A DNA stretch of 64,000 nucleotides from Opitutia bacterium (GTDB lineage: Bacteria > Verrucomicrobiota > Verrucomicrobiia > Opitutales > Opitutaceae), in contig CANJVR010000003.1 in assembly GCA_947478395.1 (NCBI GenBank), positions 128,001-192,000 on the forward strand, in the 5' to 3' direction. Within the stretch, counting starts at the first letter, position 1. The number at the start of each line of letters is the position of its first letter. The position numbers were made by a program, and so were the translations under genes. The notes beneath the pieces were generated by a model, which saw nothing but the letters and a program-made list of their open reading frames with translations, had not been told where the DNA came from and did not search any database. Positions 1 through 8,759 of this stretch are shown here, one piece after another.

Positions 1-708
1 GACGAGGGCGTTGTCATCCGTGCCAGCAAACGCAGCCCACGTATTCACGCCCATGTCGGCGCCCGCCTCGCAACCGCACAGCATCGTCACGGTCCGGCCA
101 ATCACGGCCTTCGCCATGCCATTGTTCGCCTGCAACTTTACCCCGAAGATCGGCTCGAGTGCCGCCGCGGTGATGTGGTTTTCCGCCGGCATTGAAGCCA
201 GCCCGAAGGTTTTTGCCGGCTGTGGAGCCGCGGCCCGCACGGCTTTGATCGCGTCGAGCAAAGAGCGCACGCCGCCAGCCAAGGTGTTCAAATCACCCTC
301 GCCACCGATGTGCATGAAATAGACATGCGGGTCGTCGAAGAAAAAGTGATTATGGAGCGCCGTGACTTCCAATCCGTGGTTCAGCGCCGCCTTCATCGCG
401 GCCGCCACTTCATCCTGGAAGAGCACAAAGTCGCCCATGACCATGAGGTCGGATTCTTTGCCTTTCGTGAAGGCGGCCCACGACGTCAGCCCCATGAAGG
501 GCGGCATTTTCCAGCCATCAACGAGGACCGGAAGATCGGCGCGCGGCGCGCTAACTTTGAAAACACCGGGCGTCACCGCGCCTTTTAATCCCGTGACGGT
601 TTCAATTTTTGCGGAGTCAAAGGGAAGGTCGGCGCCAAAAAGGGCGCTGGTAAAAAGTCCGCCGCCCGAGATCAGCAGCGTGGAGAAAAAGCGATTTAGA
701 GGTGACAT
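1..708 (-). CDS. DUF1259 (LppY/LpqO-like) secreted protein, 3' end outside the window
   Basis: Translated by hand (not in the ORF track): MSPLNRFFSTLLISGGGLFTSALFGAD...VDGWKMPPFMGLTSWAAF...GDFVLFQDEV...LEVTALHNHFFFDDPHVYFMHIGG. The frame is open to position 1. Divergent from chrB. Confidence 0.8.
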   Translation of the reverse strand, partial: MSPLNRFFSTLLISGGGLFTSALFGADLPFDSAKIETVTGLKGAVTPGVFKVSAPRADLPVLVDGWKMPPFMGLTSWAAFTKGKESDLMVMGDFVLFQDEVAAAMKAALNHGLEVTALHNHFFFDDPHVYFMHIGGEGDLNTLAGGVRSLLDAIKAVRAAAPQPAKTFGLASMPAENHITAAALEPIFGVKLQANNGMAKAVIGRTVTMLCGCEAGADMGVNTWAAFAGTDDNALV

Positions 709-756
709 AGCGCAGACAGAGTTAAACGTGTTACTTACGAAATCAATCTTACATCG

Positions 757-1677
757 ATGATGACGCGCTGGCTCCTTTTTCTCTATGCACTACCTTCTGG
801 TCGCGGCTCTCAGCGCGTCGGGCTTTGGCGGAATTTAAAAAAGCTCGGGGCGCTGCCGCTCAAAACTTCGGCCTATTTGCTGCCCGATACGCCGGCGCAC
901 TACGAACGGTTTCAATGGCTTGCCCAGTCTCTCCGGGACGGTGGCGGGGAGGCGACGCTGATCCGCACCGCCGAGATCGAGGGGCTCGCTGCGACGGCCA
1001 TCCGCGCCCTGTTCAATACGGCCCGCGCGGCGGACTATGCAGAGCTCAATCGCGGGCTCACCGTTCTCTTGCGCACGAACCAACGCAAGGTCTCCGAAGG
1101 ATTCGCCGCGACGGCAGAAAAGCTTCGCGTCCGATACGCCGAGATTCAGCGGGTCGATTTTTTTGAGGCCCCGGCGAAACATGATACGCTCGTCCTGTGG
1201 CAGAAATTGGAACGACTGAGCGGACCGAAATCCACGGCCGTGCCGCGCGTGCGTCGCACAGAGTTTCAGGGTCGCACGTGGCTGACCCGTCCGCATCCCG
1301 AGGTGGACCGCGTCGCATCGGCGTGGCTCATCCGGCGGTTCATCGACCCGAAAGCCAAATTCGTTTTCGCCGCCAAGCCGGGCGCTGTTCCGAGCGCAGT
1401 GCCGTATGATATGCTCGACGTTGATTTCAGTCATCACGGGGACGACTGCACCTTTGAAACGTTACTCAAGCGCTTTGGTGTTGAGGACAAGGCCCTGAAA
1501 GCGATGGCCGAGATGGTGCACCAGGCCGACCTGCAGGACGGAAAATTTGCGGCGGTCGAAGCCGAGGGGCTTCATCGCATGTTCCGCGGACTCGCCAAGC
1601 TTGGCTGGTCCGACGACAAAATTCTCCAGCACGGTTTCATCTCCTTCGACGCACTCTACGCGACGCTCAAGCCCTAA
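757..1677 (+). CDS. chrB: Chromate resistance protein ChrB (ChrB_N plus C-terminal chromate-resistance domain)
   Basis: N-terminal RVGLWRNLKKLGA; C-terminal WLTRPHPEVDRVASAWLIRRFIDP and FSHHGDDCTFE motifs. Confidence 0.85.
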   Translation: MMTRWLLFLYALPSGRGSQRVGLWRNLKKLGALPLKTSAYLLPDTPAHYERFQWLAQSLRDGGGEATLIRTAEIEGLAATAIRALFNTARAADYAELNRGLTVLLRTNQRKVSEGFAATAEKLRVRYAEIQRVDFFEAPAKHDTLVLWQKLERLSGPKSTAVPRVRRTEFQGRTWLTRPHPEVDRVASAWLIRRFIDPKAKFVFAAKPGAVPSAVPYDMLDVDFSHHGDDCTFETLLKRFGVEDKALKAMAEMVHQADLQDGKFAAVEAEGLHRMFRGLAKLGWSDDKILQHGFISFDALYATLKP

Positions 1678-1734
1678 GCCGGCCCGTCGGATGGGAGTGC
1701 GTGAAGCGCAACGACGATCGGCGGCGACGGCGCT

Positions 1735-3048
1735 TTAAGGAAGCGAACGGATTGAAGCGGGAGCAGGTGATTGGCCGCGAAGCATGCGGGCGGCGAAGTC
1801 CCGCAGGAAATCTTCGCGCCAACGATTGACCGTCTTCGCGCCTTGCTGCGCACCCTCGGCCCAGCGCGGATCAGGGTCATCCGTCCACCAGTTCGGATAA
1901 CGAGGCGAAGACTTGGTGGCCAGTTCAGGCGCTGGATTGACGGAGGTGAATCCGCCAGTTTGGCCCTCAAGCCCGGGATGATTGCTCGCGATACGATAAG
2001 TCCATTTTCCCTCCGCCTTCGGCGAGAAGAGAAAATGCCAAGCTCCGTCGGTCCCGCGAAATCCGGCGAATTCCTGCCGATCGACCACGAGCACGGCCCG
2101 CGCTTGGGCCTGGGCTCGGCCCTCCGGCCGGTAAATCAATTCCACGATGGCATACGTCTCGACCACGTCTGCGACGGTGGGCGCACGCTCGAAAGTCACC
2201 CGCGGACGCTCCCATGCGCGCACGAAATGTCCGCCCCACGAATCGGCGCTAGGATTTTCCGGAGTCGCACCAAGAAGATAAGCGAGCGATGGCGTATCGC
2301 CCATCTTGAGCTTCGGTGCGATCGAGGCGAAGTAATCGCCGAGCGCACCGTGCCCCTTGAGGTGGGTCGCGACGAACGAGGTGTTGTCGAGATCACCGGT
2401 CTGATTGCCGCCCGTGAACCAGCCGTAATAGGTGGAGTTGGCCTCGATGATCCATAGATCGCGATGCTCGCGGGCAATGTAGTCGTACGCGGTTGTGGAC
2501 CATTTTTTGTTGGGACCGCCGATCCAGTAAACCCGGAGCTTCGATTTGATCGCCGGGTCGTCGTGCAGAGCTTGGGCGAGATCGTCGATGCCGCCCCAGA
2601 CGAGCAACCACAGCGGGCGCGGGTCCTCGCGCTTCGCGCACTGGATAATCCAGTCGGAACCCTCGGTGCGCTCGCCGAAGCCACGCAGATCAGCCGAGTC
2701 GGTGCCGCCTTGTTTTGTGATGGCGCTCAACGCAGCAGGCGTCGGATACAGCGCCGAGTAAGTTTTGAGATGGGGAAAATCGTCCGCGTAGCGGTCGATA
2801 ATTTTGAGGATGTTTTCTTTTCGATTCCGAGCCGCGCCCCACGGCGACGCGATCAGGCCTTCGAGGTCGAACGCGTCCGCGTAAACGAGGAGATGCACGA
2901 ACGACTGAAAGTCGTCGAAGTCAGTCCCGCCGATGTCCGACGAGACGATGACGCGGTGCCGCGCCGACGGCGGGGCGGCGGTCGCCGTGATCGCGCCGGC
3001 CAATCCCGCGAAGGTTACCAGCAAAAGCGCGCCAGAAATTTTCATCAA
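1735..3048 (-). CDS. Secreted DUF1593 / nucleoside-hydrolase-like protein
   Basis: Signal peptide; [30 protein letters not shown] and MGDTPS motifs. Confidence 0.75.
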   Translation of the reverse strand: MMKISGALLLVTFAGLAGAITATAAPPSARHRVIVSSDIGGTDFDDFQSFVHLLVYADAFDLEGLIASPWGAARNRKENILKIIDRYADDFPHLKTYSALYPTPAALSAITKQGGTDSADLRGFGERTEGSDWIIQCAKREDPRPLWLLVWGGIDDLAQALHDDPAIKSKLRVYWIGGPNKKWSTTAYDYIAREHRDLWIIEANSTYYGWFTGGNQTGDLDNTSFVATHLKGHGALGDYFASIAPKLKMGDTPSLAYLLGATPENPSADSWGGHFVRAWERPRVTFERAPTVADVVETYAIVELIYRPEGRAQAQARAVLVVDRQEFAGFRGTDGAWHFLFSPKAEGKWTYRIASNHPGLEGQTGGFTSVNPAPELATKSSPRYPNWWTDDPDPRWAEGAQQGAKTVNRWREDFLRDFAARMLRGQSPAPASIRSLP

Positions 3049-3230
3049 GGGTTACGAAAAAAGAAATAAACGCGTGAGGGCCACCCAAGACGGGCGCCGA
3101 CGCTTCGACCACGTCCGGCCCGCCGGCTTACGTGAAGCTCTCAATGAAAACCGTGCGTGCGATAAAACCGAGGTTGTTGCCGTCATTGAATCTGCGGCCG
3201 GGATCCGTTTCTGGCTCAGCTCGATCCGAT

Positions 3231-4466
3231 CTACGCCGATGAATCCTGCAAAATCCCTTCGGCCACGCGCTCACCACTCTCCATCGCGCCTTGGATCGAA
3301 GCCGAATTCGTGAAGTCGCCCGCTACCCACCATCCAGCCCGCACCGCGTTCGGCGCCGGCCGTTCGAGCGGCGAACGCACCGGCAAGGCCTGCCGCACGC
3401 GATAGCTGCGCAGCCATCTCCAGTCTCGCACGGCCCGACCGAACCAAGGTTCTAGTTCTCTCCTCAATTGGCCCGCCAACGTTGCATCGTCGCTCGGCGG
3501 GGTGCCTAAGACCGACACGGAAACCAACGCCTGCCCCTGCGGTGCGTAGCCGGAAGCCACATCGCTCATGACCGCGACGCTGTTGACCAAGCCACCTCCG
3601 GTTCCGTTCAACATCAAGGTCGGTTCGCCGGGCGGACTCGCGGCGGCGGCGAAGTAAGCGACCGTGACCGCCCGCCAATTGGGAGGCGTTAATTCAGCTA
3701 ACAGTTCGCCCGCGCTCGTCCCGTCCACGGCGACGACGATCCGGCGCGCCGCGACCCGCTCGCCGCCAAGCAGCCGCACCGACTGCGATTCCAACGCTGC
3801 CACCCGCGCGTTAAGACGCACCGTCCCCGGTGTCAGCCCCGCCGCCAGTTGGTCGGGGATTGCCTGCATTCCGGCTGACGGCACCGCCGTGTCCCCTTCT
3901 GCAAACATTCGAAACACGAACTCCAGCATGCGACTCGAAGTTGCGAGTTCGGGATCTAAAAAAACTCCGCCGAGCCATGGGCGCATGAAACGCTCGATCA
4001 TGCGTTCGCTGAACCCATGGGTTCGCAGCGCGGCCAGCGTGGAAGTTTCCGGCCGCGCGAACAACTCATCGATGGTCCCGCGTTGTGCTCGGCGCCGAAG
4101 CGTAGCGATCCGTATTTTGTCGGCCAACGAGCCCACCGGTGCGCGCAACGTCGCCCACAGCGCTCCTGGCTCCCGCCACGGATCGCTCACGCGGTGCCAG
4201 CGCCCGTCCCACCACACCCGCGCTCCGGCCGAGAATTTGCCCAACTCGAGTCGCTCGTAATCGAGCCAGCGCCGCGCCGACGGGTAGGCCGTCAAAAGCA
4301 CCTGAAATCCACGATCCAGCCGAAATCCATCAACGCGATCCGTCCGCACGCGTCCGCCCACGGCGTCGCTCGCTTCGATCACCGCACAATCAACCCCAGC
4401 TGCCTGCAACCGCCGCGCGCAGGTCAATCCCGCCAATCCCGCCCCCACGATCACCACGTCTTTCAT
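3231..4466 (-). CDS. FAD-dependent oxidoreductase (amine oxidase / protoporphyrinogen oxidase-like)
   Basis: VVIVGAGLAGL Rossmann motif, GGRVRTD, DRGFQVL, C-terminal AGD...SIQGAMESG. ATGA overlap with the upstream gene. Confidence 0.85.
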   Translation of the reverse strand: MKDVVIVGAGLAGLTCARRLQAAGVDCAVIEASDAVGGRVRTDRVDGFRLDRGFQVLLTAYPSARRWLDYERLELGKFSAGARVWWDGRWHRVSDPWREPGALWATLRAPVGSLADKIRIATLRRRAQRGTIDELFARPETSTLAALRTHGFSERMIERFMRPWLGGVFLDPELATSSRMLEFVFRMFAEGDTAVPSAGMQAIPDQLAAGLTPGTVRLNARVAALESQSVRLLGGERVAARRIVVAVDGTSAGELLAELTPPNWRAVTVAYFAAAASPPGEPTLMLNGTGGGLVNSVAVMSDVASGYAPQGQALVSVSVLGTPPSDDATLAGQLRRELEPWFGRAVRDWRWLRSYRVRQALPVRSPLERPAPNAVRAGWWVAGDFTNSASIQGAMESGERVAEGILQDSSA

Positions 4467-5413
4467 GGCTTTCCGTTGACCGCCATTCGTTCGGCCAGCG
4501 CCAGGCCCGAAAGCGCCGCGCCCTCCACCCGTGGACCGCCAAATCCATCGCCCGCGAAGCCTAGGCCCAATTCAGGCAACCAGACACACGGCTGGCTATG
4601 CGTCGCCGCCGGCTCGCTAAATTTCCACCGCTGCAACGCCACGTGGGTGATGCCCGCGCCCAGCCGATCTGCGATACTGGGCAAAATCAGGGCGGCCAAT
4701 TCGGCCTCGGTCTTCGCGTAGTGCTCCGCCGAAAACACCGGGTTCAAATGCACCGTCACCGCTCCCGCGTCGGTTGCGGAAACGCCTTTCTTCGTGTTGT
4801 CCGCGATCCAACGAACCGGCCCGTCGCTGAGCGAGATCCCTTCCGCCGGGACGGCGCTTGGGCCGTCGAGGGTGAGCAAAAGCGCCAAACACGGACGATA
4901 GGTCAGCGCCGCCAATTCGGCCGCCAATGCTCTCGGCAATCCAACGCCGCCCGCCTGCAGCAACGCCAGCGACTGCGGCACCGGCGCCGTCAGAACCAGC
5001 CGCCCCACCCGCCAAGAGGGCTGGTTCTCGATCGATAGATCCCACCCGTCGCCGTCGCGCTGCACTTTTAGCAATTTGGCCTCGCGGTGTATCACCAGAT
5101 CCTGGGCCAAAAATTTCCCCAACGCATTCATGCTTGGCCGCGCGATCCAGCGGTGCTCTGAAGCCCCCGGCCACCCGGACACGACGCCGGCCGTCGCCCA
5201 GGGCGACATCAACGCGGCGAACGCATCGGATTTCGCCGTGAAGTATTGAGCGCCCGAGTCGAAAGTCGCTTGGCCCACTCTCTTCGTGGCCAACCGCCCG
5301 CCAAATCCCCGGCTTTTTTCAAAAACGACCACATCGTTTCCCCGCGCCTGCAACGCGCGCGCGAGCGTTAAACCAGCCATTCCCGCTCCTACGACCGCGA
5401 TTGTTTCGTTCAT
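4463..5413 (-). CDS. Renalase-like NAD(P)/FAD-dependent oxidoreductase
   Basis: IAVVGAGMAGL, EKSRGFGGRLATKR, FDSGAQYFT, AGDGFGGPRVEGAALSG. Start placed at MNETIAVV. Confidence 0.85.
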   Translation of the reverse strand: MNETIAVVGAGMAGLTLARALQARGNDVVVFEKSRGFGGRLATKRVGQATFDSGAQYFTAKSDAFAALMSPWATAGVVSGWPGASEHRWIARPSMNALGKFLAQDLVIHREAKLLKVQRDGDGWDLSIENQPSWRVGRLVLTAPVPQSLALLQAGGVGLPRALAAELAALTYRPCLALLLTLDGPSAVPAEGISLSDGPVRWIADNTKKGVSATDAGAVTVHLNPVFSAEHYAKTEAELAALILPSIADRLGAGITHVALQRWKFSEPAATHSQPCVWLPELGLGFAGDGFGGPRVEGAALSGLALAERMAVNGKP

Positions 5414-5776
5414 GAGTAGAACGCGGACACTCCCCGACTCCACTGACGGCGCAACCCCCATTCCAAAGCGCGGCGTATCTCCAAACAGCTAAGGCGATAA
5501 ACGGCGCAAAATTCGGGAGGCGCGGATAGGACATTTTCGGCCGTGCATACGTCGCACCCCGCTTTTTCCAACCACCGCCCTGGAGAGATTTCGGGCAGGC
5601 CCAAAATAGGCATCCCATAATTTCCGGGAGGTTTCCCTGCGCGTAAAAAATCCGCGTATCATCCTAAATTCCCGCGTGAAGGGGACAGTTCAACGATTCG
5701 AAGAGCTGCGCTTGGCTGGCCGAGGGGATTCAACCCGAGGACGGTTTGCATGAGCAAGACCACCAGCCGCGTCGAA

Positions 5777-5850
5777 TGGCTGCCCGACATGGATTCGAAC
5801 CATGACTAGGCGAGTCAAAGTCGCCTGTGCTACCATTACACCATCAGGCA
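5777..5850 (-). tRNA. tRNA-Gln (TTG)
   Basis: Reverse complement folds as a cloverleaf: acceptor TGCCTGA/TCGGGCA, anticodon arm GGCGA-CTTTGAC-TCGCC, T-loop GGTTCGAATCC, encoded CCA. Confidence 0.97.
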
Positions 5851-5926
5851 GTGATGGAGCGTGAGACAGTGCTTCCGCGACGCTGTCGGTCAAGGGCGGA
5901 AAACCGCCTTTTTCTCCTCCGAAAAA

Positions 5927-8659
5927 TCAGACGAGCGCCTTGAGCAATCGTTCGAGTTCGACGCGTTTCGCCTTCAACTCCGCGAGCTGGCGTTTCGCGC
6001 CTTCCAACACCGCCGGCGGCGCTTTGCTCACAAACGCTTCGTTGCCGAGTCGTGTTTCCGTGCCCGCGATGTGACGGCCGAGCAGCTCCAGTTCTTTATT
6101 CAAACGCACTTTTTCCGCACCGGCGTCGACCGCTCCAGCAATATCGAGATAGAGCGTGCCCAGAGGCGTCGTCGCCGCGGGCGCACCTTCGACGGCGGGC
6201 TTTCGCACAATCTCCGCTGCCCCTGCCATGCGCGCGATCTTCGCGAGATTGGTTTCGATCACCGCCCACGCGGGATCGCCGGCCGTCACGAAAAACCGCA
6301 CGTCACGCCGCGTCGAAAGATTGTGGTCCGCTTTCAACGCCCGCGCGCGGGAAACAAATTCCTTCACGTTCGCCACCGAGCCGGCCTGCTCCTGATCGAG
6401 CGACAATCCATGCGCCCCGATCGCCTTAATCCAGCGCGAAGCATCGTCGATACGGCCGTCCCGCATCAGGAACGAGCCCTCCGCGCCATAGCCGAGCAGC
6501 GCCCAGAGCTCCTCCGTGATAAACGGGATGAACGGGTGCAGCAGCAGCAAGGCCTGGCGCAACACCAGATCCTGGATCGCGAGGCAGTTGGGCTTGGTGT
6601 CTGGAGACTGGAGCTTCGATTTCGAAACTTCCACGTACCAGTCGCAAAAATCGTTCCAGAAAAAACCGTAAAGCGCCTGCACCGCTGCACTGAACTCAAA
6701 CTCAGAAAAGCAACGCTCCACCTCCCGCGTCACCGCAAACAACCGGTCGAGAATCGCGTGATCGTCCGCGTCGAATTGCGCGCCGTTCAAGCGCGCAACG
6801 ATCGCCGAAAGCGAGGAATTGTCGGCCATTTCGCCGCTCATCTGCCGGAAGCGCGAAGCGTTCCAGAGTTTGTTGCAGAAATTTTTTCCGCCCTCGATCC
6901 GGTCGTCCTGAAAACGAATATCCTGCCCTTGCGGCGCCATCGAGATGATGCCGAAGCGCAATCCGTCGGCGCCGTACTTCTCAATGAGATCCAGCGGATC
7001 GGGCGAGTTACCGAGCGACTTCGACATCTTGCGTCCCTGCTGATCGCGGATGATCCCGGTGAAATACACGCTCTTGAAAGGAATCCTTTTCTCCAGCGGC
7101 TGGCCCGGATGCGTGAACTCCAGGCCGGCCATGATCATGCGCGCGACCCAGAAGAAAATAATATCCGGACCGGTCACGAGCGTGCTCGTTGGATAAAAAT
7201 AGTCGTAGCCGGCGGTGCGCATTTTTTCCGCGTCGGGCCAGCCGAGCGTTGCGAAGGGCCACAGCCATGACGAAGCCCACGTATCGAGCACGTCGTCTTC
7301 CTGCGTCCAGTTTTCCGGATCGGCCGGACCGGCGAGCGAAATGTGAACCTTGGTCGCGTCACGCAGATCGGCTTCGGTGAGCGCTTCCTTGTTCAGGCCC
7401 TTGCGGTACCACACCGGGATGCGGTGCCCCCACCAGAGCTGGCGGCTGATGCACCAGTCCTGAATGTTTTCGAGCCAGTGGAGGTAAACTTTGCTCCAGC
7501 GCTCGGGATAAAATTTGATCTGCCCGTCGCGCACCACGGCCTTGGCTTCCTCGACGCGCGGGTAGCGCAGCCACCATTGCCAGGTGAGACGCGGCTCGAT
7601 CGGCACGTCGGCGCGTTCGGAATATCCGACGTTGTTCGCGTAGGCCTCCTCGGCGACGAGCGCGCCGGCGTCTTTCAATAATTCCGCAGCCTTTTTGCGT
7701 CCGGCGAAACGATCCAGCCCGGCCAGGCCCTCGCCCGCGAGCGCGTTGAGCGTGCCGTCGGCGTTCAACACATCGATGATCGGCAGCTTGTGGCGCGCGC
7801 CGATTTCGAAATCCACCTTGTCGTGGGCCGGCGTGATCTTGAGCGCGCCCGAACCGAATTCCTGGTCGACCGCCGCGTCGGCCACGATCGGAATCGCGGT
7901 GCGGTTGAGCGGACGCCAGACGGTTTTGCCGATCAAGGCCGTGTAACGCGGATCGTCGGGATGAACCGCGATGGCGACGTCGCCCGGGATCGTCTCGGGC
8001 CGCGTGGTTTTAACTTCGATGAACTGTCCCGGCCGATCCACGAGTTCGTAGCGGACGCGATAGATCGTGCCGTTGACCGGCTTCATGATCACTTCCTCGT
8101 CGGAGAGCGCGGTCTGCGAAGCCGGACACCAGTTGACCATGCGCTTGCCGCGGTAGATGTGTCCCTTCTGGAAAAGATCCACGAAGACCGTGAGCACGGC
8201 CTGCGAGTAATGCTCGTCCATGGTGAACTGCGTGCGGTTCCAATCGCACGACGCGCCCAGGCGCCGCAGCTGCTCTAAAATGATGCCGCCTTTTTCTTCC
8301 TTCCACGCCCAGACCTTCTCGACGAATTTTTCGCGGCCGAAATCGTGGCGCGTCTTCTTGTCCTTGCGCAGTTCACGCTCGACCACGGTCTGCGTAGCGA
8401 TGCCCGCGTGATCCATGCCGGGCAGCCACAAGGCCGATTTGCCTTCGAGACGGGCGCGCCGGACCAGGATGTCCTGGAGCGTGTTGTTGAGCACGTGGCC
8501 CATCGTGAGGACGCCCGTGACGTTGGGCGGTGGGATAACGATGGAGTACGGTCTGGCTTGGGGATCGACCTGGCCCGCGAAGCAGCCGGCCTGCTGCCAG
8601 GCAGCATACCATTTCTTTTCGACGTCGCGGGATTCGTAACTCTTGGTGATCTCGGCCAT
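5927..8659 (-). CDS. valS: Valine--tRNA ligase
   Basis: PPPNVTGVLTMGH (HIGH-like), DWCISRQLWWGH, KMSKS, C-terminal coiled coil. Confidence 0.98.
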   Translation of the reverse strand: MAEITKSYESRDVEKKWYAAWQQAGCFAGQVDPQARPYSIVIPPPNVTGVLTMGHVLNNTLQDILVRRARLEGKSALWLPGMDHAGIATQTVVERELRKDKKTRHDFGREKFVEKVWAWKEEKGGIILEQLRRLGASCDWNRTQFTMDEHYSQAVLTVFVDLFQKGHIYRGKRMVNWCPASQTALSDEEVIMKPVNGTIYRVRYELVDRPGQFIEVKTTRPETIPGDVAIAVHPDDPRYTALIGKTVWRPLNRTAIPIVADAAVDQEFGSGALKITPAHDKVDFEIGARHKLPIIDVLNADGTLNALAGEGLAGLDRFAGRKKAAELLKDAGALVAEEAYANNVGYSERADVPIEPRLTWQWWLRYPRVEEAKAVVRDGQIKFYPERWSKVYLHWLENIQDWCISRQLWWGHRIPVWYRKGLNKEALTEADLRDATKVHISLAGPADPENWTQEDDVLDTWASSWLWPFATLGWPDAEKMRTAGYDYFYPTSTLVTGPDIIFFWVARMIMAGLEFTHPGQPLEKRIPFKSVYFTGIIRDQQGRKMSKSLGNSPDPLDLIEKYGADGLRFGIISMAPQGQDIRFQDDRIEGGKNFCNKLWNASRFRQMSGEMADNSSLSAIVARLNGAQFDADDHAILDRLFAVTREVERCFSEFEFSAAVQALYGFFWNDFCDWYVEVSKSKLQSPDTKPNCLAIQDLVLRQALLLLHPFIPFITEELWALLGYGAEGSFLMRDGRIDDASRWIKAIGAHGLSLDQEQAGSVANVKEFVSRARALKADHNLSTRRDVRFFVTAGDPAWAVIETNLAKIARMAGAAEIVRKPAVEGAPAATTPLGTLYLDIAGAVDAGAEKVRLNKELELLGRHIAGTETRLGNEAFVSKAPPAVLEGAKRQLAELKAKRVELERLLKALV

Positions 8660-8759
8660 GGAATAGGAACCGCGAAGAGAACGCGTGGGCGCGATTCCCG
8701 GCAATGTCGTTTTTCACGCTTTGCTCCGCGCAAATTTTCGCCCCACTGTGCCGCTTTGC

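Noticed and set aside
5861..7270. 469-aa plus-strand ORF
   Set aside because: Antisense shadow of valS, expected from GC-rich codon bias; no recognisable motifs.
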